12,399 nt of DNA from IMG/VR virus record IMGVR_UViG_2534681737_000003; one strand, written 5' to 3'. The stretch comes from a virus (lineage: Duplodnaviria; Heunggongvirae; Uroviricota; Caudoviricetes). Each line of letters begins with the position of its first letter. Position 1 is the stretch's first letter. A program made the position numbers and the translations under genes. Shown in pieces: positions 1-7,386 of the stretch. Under the pieces are notes generated by a model. It was not told the origin of the DNA. It saw only the letters and a program-made list of their open reading frames with translations, and made no database searches.

Positions 1-456
1 CTGTGCGTGGTCATCATTGCCCTGCTGGTGGCCTGTGGTGCGCTTAGTCTGGGGCTGAATCATTACCGTGATAACGCCATAACCTACAAAGAGCAGCGCG
101 ATAAAAAAGTCAGTGAGCTGGAGCAGGCAAATGCAACCATTACTGATATGCAGCAGCGCCAGCGTGATGTTGCTGCACTTGATGCCAGATACTCGAGGGA
201 ATTAGCCGATGCGAGAGCTGAAAATGAAACTCTTCGCGCTGACGTTGCCGCTGGTCGTAAGCGCCTGCGGATCAACGCCACCTGTCCAGGCTCCGTGCGT
301 GAAGCCCCCACCACCTCCGGCGTGGATAATGCAACCGGCCCCCAACTGGCAGACACCGTTACACGGGATTATTTCACCCTCAGAGAGCGGCTGATGACGA
401 TGCACAAGCAACTGGAAGGGGCACAGGACTATATCCGCACTCAGTGCCTGAAATAA
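1..456 (+). CDS. Rz: Spanin inner-membrane subunit (i-spanin) Rz, 5'-truncated by the window edge
   Basis: Track ORF 7..456; the frame is open from base 1. Translation ([12 protein letters not shown]...DVAAGRKRL...[19 protein letters not shown]) is collinear with lambda Rz as I recall it. N-terminal hydrophobic stretch consistent with the signal-anchor TM. The first few codons lie upstream of the window. Confidence 0.9.
   Translation: MCVVIIALLVACGALSLGLNHYRDNAITYKEQRDKKVSELEQANATITDMQQRQRDVAALDARYSRELADARAENETLRADVAAGRKRLRINATCPGSVREAPTTSGVDNATGPQLADTVTRDYFTLRERLMTMHKQLEGAQDYIRTQCLK
209..394 (+). CDS. Rz1: Spanin outer-membrane lipoprotein subunit (o-spanin) Rz1, embedded in the +1 frame of Rz
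   Basis: Track ORF 209..394 lies wholly inside Rz in another frame. It has a lipobox (LVVSAC) followed by a proline-rich segment ([14 protein letters not shown]) that matches lambda Rz1 closely. Start could be ATG 209 or ATG 224; 209 aligns better with the lambda N-terminus. Confidence 0.85.
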   Translation: MRELKMKLFALTLPLVVSACGSTPPVQAPCVKPPPPPAWIMQPAPNWQTPLHGIISPSESG

Positions 457-806
457 GTTTTGTTGATGCGCCGTATCGTCGCTGTATTCCCTCATTAACA
501 GAGACCGCAGCCCGACAGGGAGACTCCTCTGCGCGAGTGTGCGGGGATAATCAAAAACGATACACACCGGGGTTTACCGCGTTAACGGAGCGCGGCGTTG
601 TCCCCTCATAGTCGCCTGTCCGGTGCGATGGTGGAAGAAGCCGGATGTTTATCACTATTAATTGATGACACAGAAATGGATTCATTGAATTTCAGCACGT
701 TTTTGTATTCGTGTTATTGAACATCTGTTTATTTTACTTTTAACATATTGATAATAAAAAGAGCTGTAAATCTTTAGATGAGTCGATTTTGTCCGGGGAA
801 GTTCAA

Positions 807-947
807 ATGGATTTTATGCTGACGGTTTCTGGTGTGGTTATCCTGTCCATTGCTTATACTGCAGATAAATATGGCTGCCATTTGTTATCACGTATTGGCG
901 CTTATTGTTCGTTGATGCTGATTTTCTCGTCGCTTTTTTTTGAGTAA
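807..947 (+). CDS. Hypothetical 46-aa hydrophobic peptide (possible small membrane protein; speculative)
   Basis: Hand-translated ATG 807 to TAA 945-947: MDFMLTVSGVVILSIAYTADKYGCHLLSRIGAYCSLMLIFSSLFFE. GGGGAAG 6 nt upstream could act as a weak SD. Sits in the AT-rich spacer. Below the track length cutoff; no homology recognised. Confidence 0.15.
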   Translation: MDFMLTVSGVVILSIAYTADKYGCHLLSRIGAYCSLMLIFSSLFFE

Positions 948-1079
948 GTTATATTAATTATAACAAATAATTTTCTGTGTTATTTTTTCAGGCTATCCCG
1001 TCAGAGGGGAAGCCTGTACTGCCGGGGAGCGAATGGAAAACTGATGTGTCCGGTAACTGCGTGTTCTGTGAACACCATG

Positions 1080-1265
1080 TTACTTAATTATGTAATTCAT
1101 ACCCGAACTCTCTGTTGACAGCCTTCTTCTGCAGGCTTCAATAACCCACGCTGAAAAGTTTCCTGAACCTTTCAGATCAAGAGCGATGTTAATTTGTTCA
1201 ATCATCTGGTTTGGAAATCGGATGTTGCGGGTTGTTGTTCTGCGGGTTCTGTTCTTTGATGACAT
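1080..1265 (-). CDS. Small putative ribbon-helix-helix DNA-binding protein, possibly YlcI/YnfO-like (DUF3950)
   Basis: Track ORF 61 aa (MSSKNRTRRTTTRNIRFPNQMIEQINIALDLKGSGNFSAWVIEACRRRL...). Basic N-terminus, then a short strand-like segment and two helix-like segments, as in RHH repressors. GGGGAAA SD-like motif about 5 nt upstream of the ATG on the minus strand. Position next to cos/Nu1 resembles where ylcI/ynfO-type genes sit in E. coli lambdoid prophages (from memory, unverified). Confidence 0.45.
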   Translation of the reverse strand: MSSKNRTRRTTTRNIRFPNQMIEQINIALDLKGSGNFSAWVIEACRRRLSTESSGMNYIIK

Positions 1266-1326
1266 AATGTTTCCCCATATTCAGTGTTGCTGATTTGTAT
1301 TATCTGAAGTTGCTTTTACGTTAATT

Positions 1327-1360
1327 TGACGCAGATCAATTAATACGATACCTGCGTCAT
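1327..1360. promoter_or_regulatory. Paired inverted repeats (candidate operator) upstream of the minus-strand small RHH-like gene
   Basis: TGACGCAG at 1327-1334 has its exact reverse complement CTGCGTCA at 1352-1359, and ATCAATTA is paired with TAATTGAT. Located 60-95 bp upstream of the 1265 start of the minus-strand ORF. Function inferred only. Confidence 0.25.
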
Positions 1361-1471
1361 AATTGATTATTTCTCGTGGTTTGATGGCGTACACACATGT
1401 TGTGATAAACCTTATATAGATGATAATTATTATCATTTCGTGGGTCCTTTCCGGCGATCCGACCGGTTACG

Positions 1472-1483
1472 GGGCGGCGACCT
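1472..1483 (+). other. cosN: cosN 12-nt cohesive-end sequence (terminase nicking site)
   Basis: Exact GGGCGGCGACCT, the lambda 5' single-stranded cohesive end, in the canonical context ...GGTTACG|GGGCGGCGACCT|CGCG. Confidence 0.85.
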
Positions 1484-1520
1484 CGCGGGTTTTCGCTATT
1501 TATGAAAATTTTCCGGGATC

Positions 1521-1619
1521 CATGTCCGGTTTCTCTTCAAGTTAACTATATGAAAAATATAAAAACAGGTCTTCTGTGAACCGGACATGAACAAAAAACA
1601 GACATGTAAACCGGACATG
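1521..1619. repeat. Three copies of AACCGGACATG (one inverted, two direct) in the cosB position: candidate small-terminase R-site binding elements
   Basis: CATGTCCGGTT at 1521-1531 (inverted), AACCGGACATG at 1579-1589 and 1609-1619 (direct, 30 bp apart), with an A-rich tract (1551-1566) between the first and second. Arrangement parallels lambda cosB (R3, IHF site, R2, R1); binding is inferred. Confidence 0.55.
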
Positions 1620-1666
1620 ACCGGTTTTGTTGTGATTGTGAGGTGAGAGTTTTTGCGAGGTGAGGA

Positions 1667-2176
1667 GTGGCTACGCAGACTGAAGTTGCCAGGCATTTGA
1701 GTCTGACCGATCGCCAGCTTCGCAGATTGCAGAAATTACCGGGTGCCCCGGTCTCGAATAAGCGAGGGCAACTGGATCTGGATGCCTGGCGCGATTTTTA
1801 CATATCGTATCTGAGAAGAAGTAAAAACGATGTGCCTGATGGCGATAGCGAAGAAGACTATGAAGAGAAATTGCTTATTGCCAGATGGGAACTGACAGCA
1901 GAACAGGCTGTTACACAGCAGTTAAAAAATGAGGTGTCAAAAGGAAAACTGATTGACACCGGGTTCTGTATTTTTGCCCTCAGTAAGCTGGCAATGGCGT
2001 TATCCAGTACGCTTGATTCCATCCCTTTATCCATGCAGCGACAGTTTCCTGATTTAACACCGCGCCATCTTGACCATCTGAAAACCCTTATTGCTAAGGG
2101 GGCAAATCAGTGTGCGCGGGCAGGGGATAAATTACCGGATTTACTTGATGAATATATCAGAGCAACAACTGAATAA
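1667..2176 (+). CDS. Nu1: Terminase small subunit (Nu1 homolog)
   Basis: Track ORF 169 aa with GTG start at 1667 (in-frame TGA at 1661-1663 prevents extension); GAGG SD-like motif upstream. C-terminal two thirds are collinear with lambda gpNu1 (e.g. FCIFALSKLA...IPLSMQRQFPDL..RHLDHLK); the N-terminus has an HTH-like segment. Confidence 0.9.
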   Translation: MATQTEVARHLSLTDRQLRRLQKLPGAPVSNKRGQLDLDAWRDFYISYLRRSKNDVPDGDSEEDYEEKLLIARWELTAEQAVTQQLKNEVSKGKLIDTGFCIFALSKLAMALSSTLDSIPLSMQRQFPDLTPRHLDHLKTLIAKGANQCARAGDKLPDLLDEYIRATTE

Positions 2177-4076
2177 TATGATGAGCGCTGTCACAACTGC
2201 ATTACAGCCCCTGATAAGGGCATTGCCGGTGACGCCAGTTGAATGGGCTGATCAAAATTATTATCTGCCTAAAGAATCTTCATATGGTGAGGGCGAATGG
2301 AAAACGCTGCCATTCCAGATCGCCATCATGAACAGCATGGGGAATGATCAGATCCGCACTGTTAATCTGATTAAATCTGCCCGTGTTGGCTATACAAAGA
2401 TGTTGCTGGGGGTGGTCGGGTATTTTATTGAGCATAAATCCCGAAACAGTCTGCTTTTTCAGCCCACGGATTCTGCCGCTGAAGATTTTATGAAGTCTCA
2501 CGTGGAGGCGACGATTCGGAACGTGCCATGCCTGAAAGACCTTTCCCCATGGCTGGGTCGTAAACATCGTGACAATACTCTCACGCTGAAACGCTTTTCA
2601 TCGGGCGTCGGTTTCTGGTGCCTGGGCGGCGCTGCCGCCAAAAACTACCGTGAAAAATCCGTGGACGTGGTCTGTTATGACGAGCTTTCCTCGTTCGAAC
2701 CGGATGTTGAAAAAGAGGGTTCGCCAACCCTGCTGGGGGATAAACGTATTGAGGGCTCTGTATGGCCAAAATCCATTCGCGGCTCGACGCCTAAAATCAA
2801 AGGCTCCTGCCAGATCGAAAAAGCCGCTAACGAGTCGGCACACTTCATGCGTTTTTATGTGCCCTGTCCGCACTGTGGGGAGGAGCAGTATCTGAAATTT
2901 GGCGATGATGCCTCGCCTTTCGGTCTTAAGTGGGAGAAGAATAAGCCAGAAAGTGTTTTCTACCTTTGTGAGCATCATGGCTGTGTGATCCATCAGTCTG
3001 AGCTTGACCAGAGTAACGGGCGGTGGATCTGTGAAAACACGGGCATGTGGACCCGTGACGGCCTGATGTTTTTCAGCGCCCGGGGTGATGAAATTCCGCC
3101 GCCGCGCTCCATCACTTTCCATATCTGGACGGCGTACAGTCCGTTCACCACCTGGGTACAGATTGTCTATGACTGGCTGGATGCACTGAAAGATCCCAAC
3201 GGCCTGAAAACCTTTGTGAACACCACGCTGGGCGAGACCTGGGAAGAGGCTGTGGGCGAAAAACTCGATCACCAGGTGCTGATGGATAAGGTTGTGCGTT
3301 ACACGGCGGCGGTGCCTGCCCGGGTGGTTTATCTGACGGCGGGCATTGACTCGCAGCGAAACCGTTTTGAGATGTATGTCTGGGGATGGGCTCCGGGAGA
3401 GGAAGCCTTTCTGGTGGATAAAATCATCATTATGGGGCGTCCTGATGAGGAAGAGACGCTGTTACGTGTGGATGCGGCGATCAACAAAAAATACCGCCAT
3501 GCGGATGGCACCGAAATGACTATTTCCCGTGTCTGCTGGGACACCGGGGGGATCGATGGTGAAATTGTTTATCAGAGATCAAAAAAACACGGTGTTTTCC
3601 GGGTGCTGCCGGTAAAAGGCGCATCTGTCTATGGCAAGCCGGTGATCACCATGCCAAAAACCCGCAATCAGCGGGGCGTGTATCTGTGTGAAGTGGGAAC
3701 GGACACCGCAAAAGAAATTCTCTATGCCCGTATGAAAGCCGATCCCTCGCCTGCGGATGAAGCCACGTCGTATGCCATCCGTTTTCCTGATGATCCGGAG
3801 ATTTTTTCGCAGACAGAGGCGCAGCAACTGGTCGCGGAAGAGCTTGTGGAGAAGTGGGAAAAAGGAAAGATGCGTCTGCTGTGGGATAACAAAAAGCGGC
3901 GTAACGAAGCGCTGGACTGCCTGGTGTATGCCTACGCGGCATTACGTGTGTCCGTGCAACGCTGGCAGCTTGATCTGGCTGTACTGGCAAAATCCCGGGA
4001 AGAAGAGACGACCCGGCCAACCCTTAAAGAACTGGCAGCGAAGCTGTCCGGAGGAGTGAATGGTTACAGTCGCTGA
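2148..4076 (+). CDS. A: Terminase large subunit (gpA homolog; ATPase/endonuclease)
   Basis: Track ORF 2091..4076; preferred start is ATG 2148 (MNISEQQLNNMM...), matching the lambda gpA N-terminus MNIS.. and giving 642 aa versus 641 in lambda. Extensive collinear identity (VEWAD.NYYLPKES, GGAAAKNYREKSVDV, PCPHCGEEQYLKFGD, TFVNTTLGETWE). Overlaps the Nu1 3' end by 29 nt, as in lambda. Confidence 0.95.
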   Translation: MNISEQQLNNMMSAVTTALQPLIRALPVTPVEWADQNYYLPKESSYGEGEWKTLPFQIAIMNSMGNDQIRTVNLIKSARVGYTKMLLGVVGYFIEHKSRNSLLFQPTDSAAEDFMKSHVEATIRNVPCLKDLSPWLGRKHRDNTLTLKRFSSGVGFWCLGGAAAKNYREKSVDVVCYDELSSFEPDVEKEGSPTLLGDKRIEGSVWPKSIRGSTPKIKGSCQIEKAANESAHFMRFYVPCPHCGEEQYLKFGDDASPFGLKWEKNKPESVFYLCEHHGCVIHQSELDQSNGRWICENTGMWTRDGLMFFSARGDEIPPPRSITFHIWTAYSPFTTWVQIVYDWLDALKDPNGLKTFVNTTLGETWEEAVGEKLDHQVLMDKVVRYTAAVPARVVYLTAGIDSQRNRFEMYVWGWAPGEEAFLVDKIIIMGRPDEEETLLRVDAAINKKYRHADGTEMTISRVCWDTGGIDGEIVYQRSKKHGVFRVLPVKGASVYGKPVITMPKTRNQRGVYLCEVGTDTAKEILYARMKADPSPADEATSYAIRFPDDPEIFSQTEAQQLVAEELVEKWEKGKMRLLWDNKKRRNEALDCLVYAYAALRVSVQRWQLDLAVLAKSREEETTRPTLKELAAKLSGGVNGYSR

Positions 4077-4266
4077 ACTGCAGGCGCTGCGTCAGGCGCG
4101 CCTTGATTTATTAACCGGTAAACGGGTGGTGTCTGTCCAGAAAGATGGTCGCAGAATTGAATATACGGCGGCTTCTCTGGATGAGCTTAACCGGGCGATC
4201 AATGATGCGGAGTCGGTACTGGGGACAACCCGGTGTCGCCGTCGTCCGCTGGGAGTGAGATTATGA
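4060..4266 (+). CDS. W: Head-tail joining / head completion protein gpW homolog
   Basis: 68-aa ORF; MVTVAELQALRQARLDLLTGKRVVSVQKDGRRIEY resembles lambda gpW (68 aa). GGAGGAG SD at 4051-4057. Overlaps the end of A and the start of B. Confidence 0.9.
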   Translation: MVTVAELQALRQARLDLLTGKRVVSVQKDGRRIEYTAASLDELNRAINDAESVLGTTRCRRRPLGVRL

Positions 4267-5855
4267 AACGAACGCCTGTCCTGATTGATGTGAACGGCGT
4301 TCCGCTTCGTGAGAGTCTCAGCTACAACGGGGGCGGTGCAGGATTTGGCGGGCAAATGGCTGAGTGGTTGCCACCGGCGCAGAGTGCCGATGCGGCCCTG
4401 CTGCCCGCGTTGCGTCTGGGGAATGCCCGGGCAGATGATCTGGTGCGCAATAACGGAATAGCGGCTAATGCGGTGGCTCTGCATAAGGATCACATTGTCG
4501 GGCATATGTTTCTGATCAGCTACCGTCCGAACTGGCGCTGGCTGGGGATGCGGGAGACCGCAGCAAAAAGCTTTGTCGATGAGGTGGAGGCGGCCTGGTC
4601 GGAATACGCCGAAGGGATGTCTGGCGAGATCGACGTGGAAGGAAAACGCACGTTCACGGAATTTATCCGTGAAGGTGTGGGCGTTCATGCGTTTAACGGC
4701 GAAATCTTTGTGCAGCCGGTCTGGGATACGGAAACCACGCAGTTATTCCGTACGCGTTTTAAAGCCGTGAGTCCGAAACGGGTGGACACGCCTGGACACG
4801 GTATGGGGAACCGTTTTCTGCGGGCCGGTGTGGAGGTCGATCGATATGGCCGTGCCGTCGCGTACCATATCTGTGAGGATGATTTTCCGTTCTCTGGTAG
4901 TGGACGATGGGAACGGATCCCGCGTGAACTTCCCACCGGGCGTCCGGCCATGCTGCATATTTTCGAGCCGGTGGAGGACGGGCAGACCCGTGGGGCTAAT
5001 CAGTTTTACAGCGTCATGGAACGGCTGAAGATGCTCGATTCCCTGCAGGCAACACAGCTTCAGTCGGCCATAGTGAAGGCGATGTATGCAGCGACGATTG
5101 AAAGTGAACTTGATACCGAAAAGGCCTTTGAATATATCGCCGGCGCGCCACAGGAGCAGAAGGATAATCCGCTTATTAATATTCTGGAGAAGTTTTCCAG
5201 CTGGTATGACACGAATAACGTGACACTGGGCGGTGTCAAAATTCCGCACCTTTTCCCTGGTGATGATCTGAAACTACAGACTGCGCAGGATTCAGACAAT
5301 GGATTTTCTGCGCTTGAACAGGCGCTGCTGCGGTATATCGCCGCCGGTCTTGGCGTTTCCTACGAACAGTTGTCCCGTGATTACTCGAAGGTCAGTTACT
5401 CAAGTGCCCGCGCCTCCGCCAATGAGTCGTGGCGCTATTTTATGGGGCGGCGAAAATTTATTGCGGCCCGGCTGGCCACGCAGATGTTTTCCTGCTGGCT
5501 GGAAGAGGCACTTCTTCGGGGGATTATTCGTCCGCCACGGGCACGTTTTGATTTTTATCAGGCGCGATCAGCCTGGTCACGGGCAGAGTGGATTGGTGCC
5601 GGAAGAATGGCCATTGACGGGCTCAAGGAAGTCCAGGAATCAGTGATGCGCATTGAGGCCGGACTGAGCACGTATGAGAAAGAGCTGGCGCTGATGGGCG
5701 AGGATTATCAGGACATTTTCCGCCAGCAGGTCAGGGAATCTGCTGAGCGGCAAAAAGCCGGACTCTCACGTCCGGTGTGGATAGCGCGGGCGTATCAGCA
5801 GCAGATAGCGGAGAGTCGCAGGCCGGAAGAGGAGACAACACCCCGTGAGACGTAA
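4263..5855 (+). CDS. B: Portal protein (gpB homolog)
   Basis: Track ORF 4233..5855; preferred start ATG 4263 (MKRTPVLI..) forms an ATGA overlap with the W stop. 530 aa versus 533 in lambda. Strongly collinear with lambda gpB (NARADDLVRNNG, FEPVEDGQTRGAN.FYSVME, LQSAIVKAMYAATIESELDT, LLRYIAAGLGVSYEQLSR, GRMAIDGLKEVQE). Confidence 0.95.
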   Translation: MKRTPVLIDVNGVPLRESLSYNGGGAGFGGQMAEWLPPAQSADAALLPALRLGNARADDLVRNNGIAANAVALHKDHIVGHMFLISYRPNWRWLGMRETAAKSFVDEVEAAWSEYAEGMSGEIDVEGKRTFTEFIREGVGVHAFNGEIFVQPVWDTETTQLFRTRFKAVSPKRVDTPGHGMGNRFLRAGVEVDRYGRAVAYHICEDDFPFSGSGRWERIPRELPTGRPAMLHIFEPVEDGQTRGANQFYSVMERLKMLDSLQATQLQSAIVKAMYAATIESELDTEKAFEYIAGAPQEQKDNPLINILEKFSSWYDTNNVTLGGVKIPHLFPGDDLKLQTAQDSDNGFSALEQALLRYIAAGLGVSYEQLSRDYSKVSYSSARASANESWRYFMGRRKFIAARLATQMFSCWLEEALLRGIIRPPRARFDFYQARSAWSRAEWIGAGRMAIDGLKEVQESVMRIEAGLSTYEKELALMGEDYQDIFRQQVRESAERQKAGLSRPVWIARAYQQQIAESRRPEEETTPRET

Positions 5856-7350
5856 TCTTTCACACATTATTGCCGCAGCATTCAATGAACCGCTGCTTCT
5901 GGAGCCCGCCTATGCGCGGGTTTTCTTTTGCGCGCTCGGGCGCGAGATGGGGGCAGCAAGTCTTTCGGTACCACAGCAGCAGGTACAGCTTGATGCTCCC
6001 GGAATGCTGGCTGAAACGGACGAGTACATGGCCGGAGGTAAACGACCGGCCCGTGTTTACCGGGTGGTGAACGGTATTGCTGTACTGCCGGTGACCGGCA
6101 CGCTGGTGCACCGGCTGGGGGGTATGCGGCCATTTTCCGGAATGACAGGCTATGACGGCATTGTCGCCTGTCTTCAGCAGGCAATGGCGGATAGCCAGGT
6201 GCGGGGCGTACTGCTGGACATTGACAGTCCGGGCGGGCAGGCCGCCGGCGCGTTTGACTGCGCTGACATGATTTACCGCCTCCGTCAGCAGAAGCCGGTC
6301 TGGGCACTGTGCAATGACACGGCCTGTTCTGCAGCCATGCTGCTGGCGTCGGCCTGCTCCCGACGGCTGGTTACCCAGACATCCCGTATCGGCTCCATTG
6401 GCGTGATGATGAGCCATGTCAGCTATGCCGGTCATCTGGCGCAGGCCGGTGTGGATATCACGCTGATTTACTCAGGGGCGCACAAGGTGGATGGCAATCA
6501 GTTTGAAGCCTTACCGGCAGAGGTTCGCCAGGACATGCAGCAGCGCATTGATGCGGCGCGCCGGATGTTTGCCGAAAAAGTGGCCATGTTTACCGGTCTG
6601 TCTGTTGATGCCGTCACGGGAACAGAGGCCGCCGTTTTTGAAGGTCAGTCCGGCATTGATGCCGGGCTGGCGGATGAATTAGTCAATGCGTCGGATGCCA
6701 TCAGTGTGATGGCCACGGCGCTGAACAGTAATGTCAGAGGAGGCACTATGCCGCAATTAACTGCAACGGAAGCCGCCGCGCAGGAGAACCAGCGAGTGAT
6801 GGGGATCCTGACATGCCAGGAAGCGAAAGGACGTGAACAGCTTGCCACGATGCTGGCAGGACAACAGGGCATGAGCGTTGAACAGGCCCGGGCGATTCTG
6901 GCCGCGGCGGCACCGCAGCAGCCGGTGGCATCCACGCAGAGTGAAGCCGATCGCATTATGGCGTGTGAAGAAGCGAACGGTCGTGAACAACTGGCGGCAA
7001 CGCTGGCGGCGATGCCGGAGATGACGGTGGAAAAAGCCCGCCCGATCCTGGCTGCTTCACCGCAGGCGGATGCCGGACCCTCACTCCGTGATCAGATCAT
7101 GGCACTGGATGAGGCAAAAGGGGCTGAGGCGCAGGCTGAACAGCTGGCTGCCTGCCCGGGAATGACTGTGGAGAGCGCCCGGGCTGTGCTGGCTGTGGGA
7201 TCAGGTAAGGCAGAACCGGTCTCTGCATCCACAACCGCCCTGTTTGAACGCATCATGGCGAACCATTCACCGGCAGCGGTACAGGGTGGCGTGCCACAGA
7301 CGTCAGCAGACGGTGATGCGGACGTGAAAATGCTCATGGCTATGCCATGA
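5845..7350 (+). CDS. C: Prohead protease / scaffold protein gpC homolog (S49/ClpP-like serine peptidase, N-terminal part) with repeat-rich C-terminal scaffold region
   Basis: Track ORF 501 aa, GTG start with GAGGAG SD about 10 nt upstream; overlaps the B stop. N-terminus AAFNEPLLLEPAYARVFF and the peptidase core (IDSPGG..AGAFDCADMI, PVWAL.ND.A.SAA.LLASA.SRRLVTQT.R.GSIGVMM) are collinear with lambda gpC. About 60 aa longer than lambda C (439 aa). Confidence 0.9.
   Translation: MRRNLSHIIAAAFNEPLLLEPAYARVFFCALGREMGAASLSVPQQQVQLDAPGMLAETDEYMAGGKRPARVYRVVNGIAVLPVTGTLVHRLGGMRPFSGMTGYDGIVACLQQAMADSQVRGVLLDIDSPGGQAAGAFDCADMIYRLRQQKPVWALCNDTACSAAMLLASACSRRLVTQTSRIGSIGVMMSHVSYAGHLAQAGVDITLIYSGAHKVDGNQFEALPAEVRQDMQQRIDAARRMFAEKVAMFTGLSVDAVTGTEAAVFEGQSGIDAGLADELVNASDAISVMATALNSNVRGGTMPQLTATEAAAQENQRVMGILTCQEAKGREQLATMLAGQQGMSVEQARAILAAAAPQQPVASTQSEADRIMACEEANGREQLAATLAAMPEMTVEKARPILAASPQADAGPSLRDQIMALDEAKGAEAQAEQLAACPGMTVESARAVLAVGSGKAEPVSASTTALFERIMANHSPAAVQGGVPQTSADGDADVKMLMAMP
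6748..7350 (+). CDS. Nu3: Candidate Nu3-type scaffolding protein from an in-frame internal start within C
   Basis: Strong internal RBS AGGAGG (6737-6742) 5 nt before in-frame ATG 6748 (MPQLTATEAAAQ...); shares the C stop at 7350. In lambda, Nu3 is likewise nested in-frame in the 3' part of C. The exact start is inferred. Confidence 0.5.
   Translation: MPQLTATEAAAQENQRVMGILTCQEAKGREQLATMLAGQQGMSVEQARAILAAAAPQQPVASTQSEADRIMACEEANGREQLAATLAAMPEMTVEKARPILAASPQADAGPSLRDQIMALDEAKGAEAQAEQLAACPGMTVESARAVLAVGSGKAEPVSASTTALFERIMANHSPAAVQGGVPQTSADGDADVKMLMAMP
6793..7290 (+). repeat. Three (plus a partial fourth) diverged tandem repeats of about 47-53 codons within the C/Nu3 scaffold region
   Basis: Protein-level repeats starting at nt 6793, 6952 and 7093: RVMGILTCQEAKGREQLATMLAGQQGMSVEQARAILAAAAPQ / RIMACEEANGREQLAATLAAMPEMTVEKARPILAASPQ / QIMALDEAKGAEAQAEQLAACPGMTVESARAVLAVGSG, then a partial ERIMANHSPAAVQ near 7246. 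The DNA copies are diverged, so not a recent duplication. Confidence 0.7.
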
Positions 7351-7386
7351 AGTCAGTGCTGACCATCAACAGGAGGTTTTTACAAT

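Larger units (their letters stand above)
1441..1620. other. cos: Cohesive-end site (cosQ-cosN-cosB region) of a lambda-type cos phage
   Basis: 1441-1520 (GGGTCCTTTCCGGCGATCCGAC.GGTTACG | GGGCGGCGACCTCGCGGGTTTTCGCTATTTATGAAAATTTTCCGG) is nearly identical to the lambda right-end/left-end junction as I recall it. Lies immediately upstream of the Nu1 homolog; Nu1 start is 195 nt after cosN versus 190 in lambda. Confidence 0.85.

Noticed and set aside
700-806. Sigma-70 promoter upstream of the 46-aa ORF (TTGATAAT near 748-755)
   Set aside because: A -10-like element exists, but no properly spaced -35 was found; AT-rich DNA yields many chance -10-like hexamers.
457-1080. Searched for a bor-like lipoprotein gene or other lambda nonessential genes between Rz and cos
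   Set aside because: No ORF of 60 aa or more on either strand in this interval and no lipobox-containing frame recognised; the region appears to be a different, shorter spacer than in lambda.
1532-1578. Possible IHF site (I1) between the first and second cosB repeats
   Set aside because: The tract is A/T-rich and correctly positioned, but I could not find a convincing match to the WATCAANNNNTTR consensus by eye, so no specific site is called.
1521-1619. Considered whether the spaced direct repeats could be a CRISPR array or an attachment site
   Set aside because: Only three short (11-bp) copies, one of them inverted, with unequal spacing and no cas genes; position and sequence context fit cosB terminase-binding sites instead.
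1496-1696. 66-aa minus-strand ORF spanning the cos region
   Set aside because: Overlaps cosN and the cosB repeats and the Nu1 start; no RBS; sequence conservation here is explained by cos function.
2091-2147. Longer starts for the terminase large subunit (2091) and likewise for portal (4233), FI (8824) and FII (9203) as listed in the track
   Set aside because: The internal ATGs at 2148, 4263, 8872 and 9239 match the lambda N-termini and lengths and have better RBS or coupling context; the extra N-terminal residues have no counterpart in lambda.
2598-3272. 224-aa minus-strand ORF (and neighbours 2280..2567, 2581..2769) inside the terminase large subunit gene
   Set aside because: Antisense to a strongly supported lambda gpA homolog; low-complexity R/P/G-rich translation typical of the opposite strand of a GC-rich coding region; no recognisable homology.
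4092-5249. Minus-strand ORFs 4092..4688 (198 aa), 4685..4951 and 4743..5249 (168 aa) inside the portal gene
   Set aside because: Antisense to the portal gene, whose collinear match to lambda gpB is unambiguous; no independent start or RBS context and no recognisable domains.
5860-7337. Multiple overlapping minus-strand and alternate-frame ORFs across the C/Nu3 gene (5860..6435, 5882..6307, 6645..6956, 7092..7337 and others)
   Set aside because: All lie within the protease-scaffold gene; Ala/Arg/Pro-rich translations are the expected artefact of a GC-rich, repeat-containing coding region.
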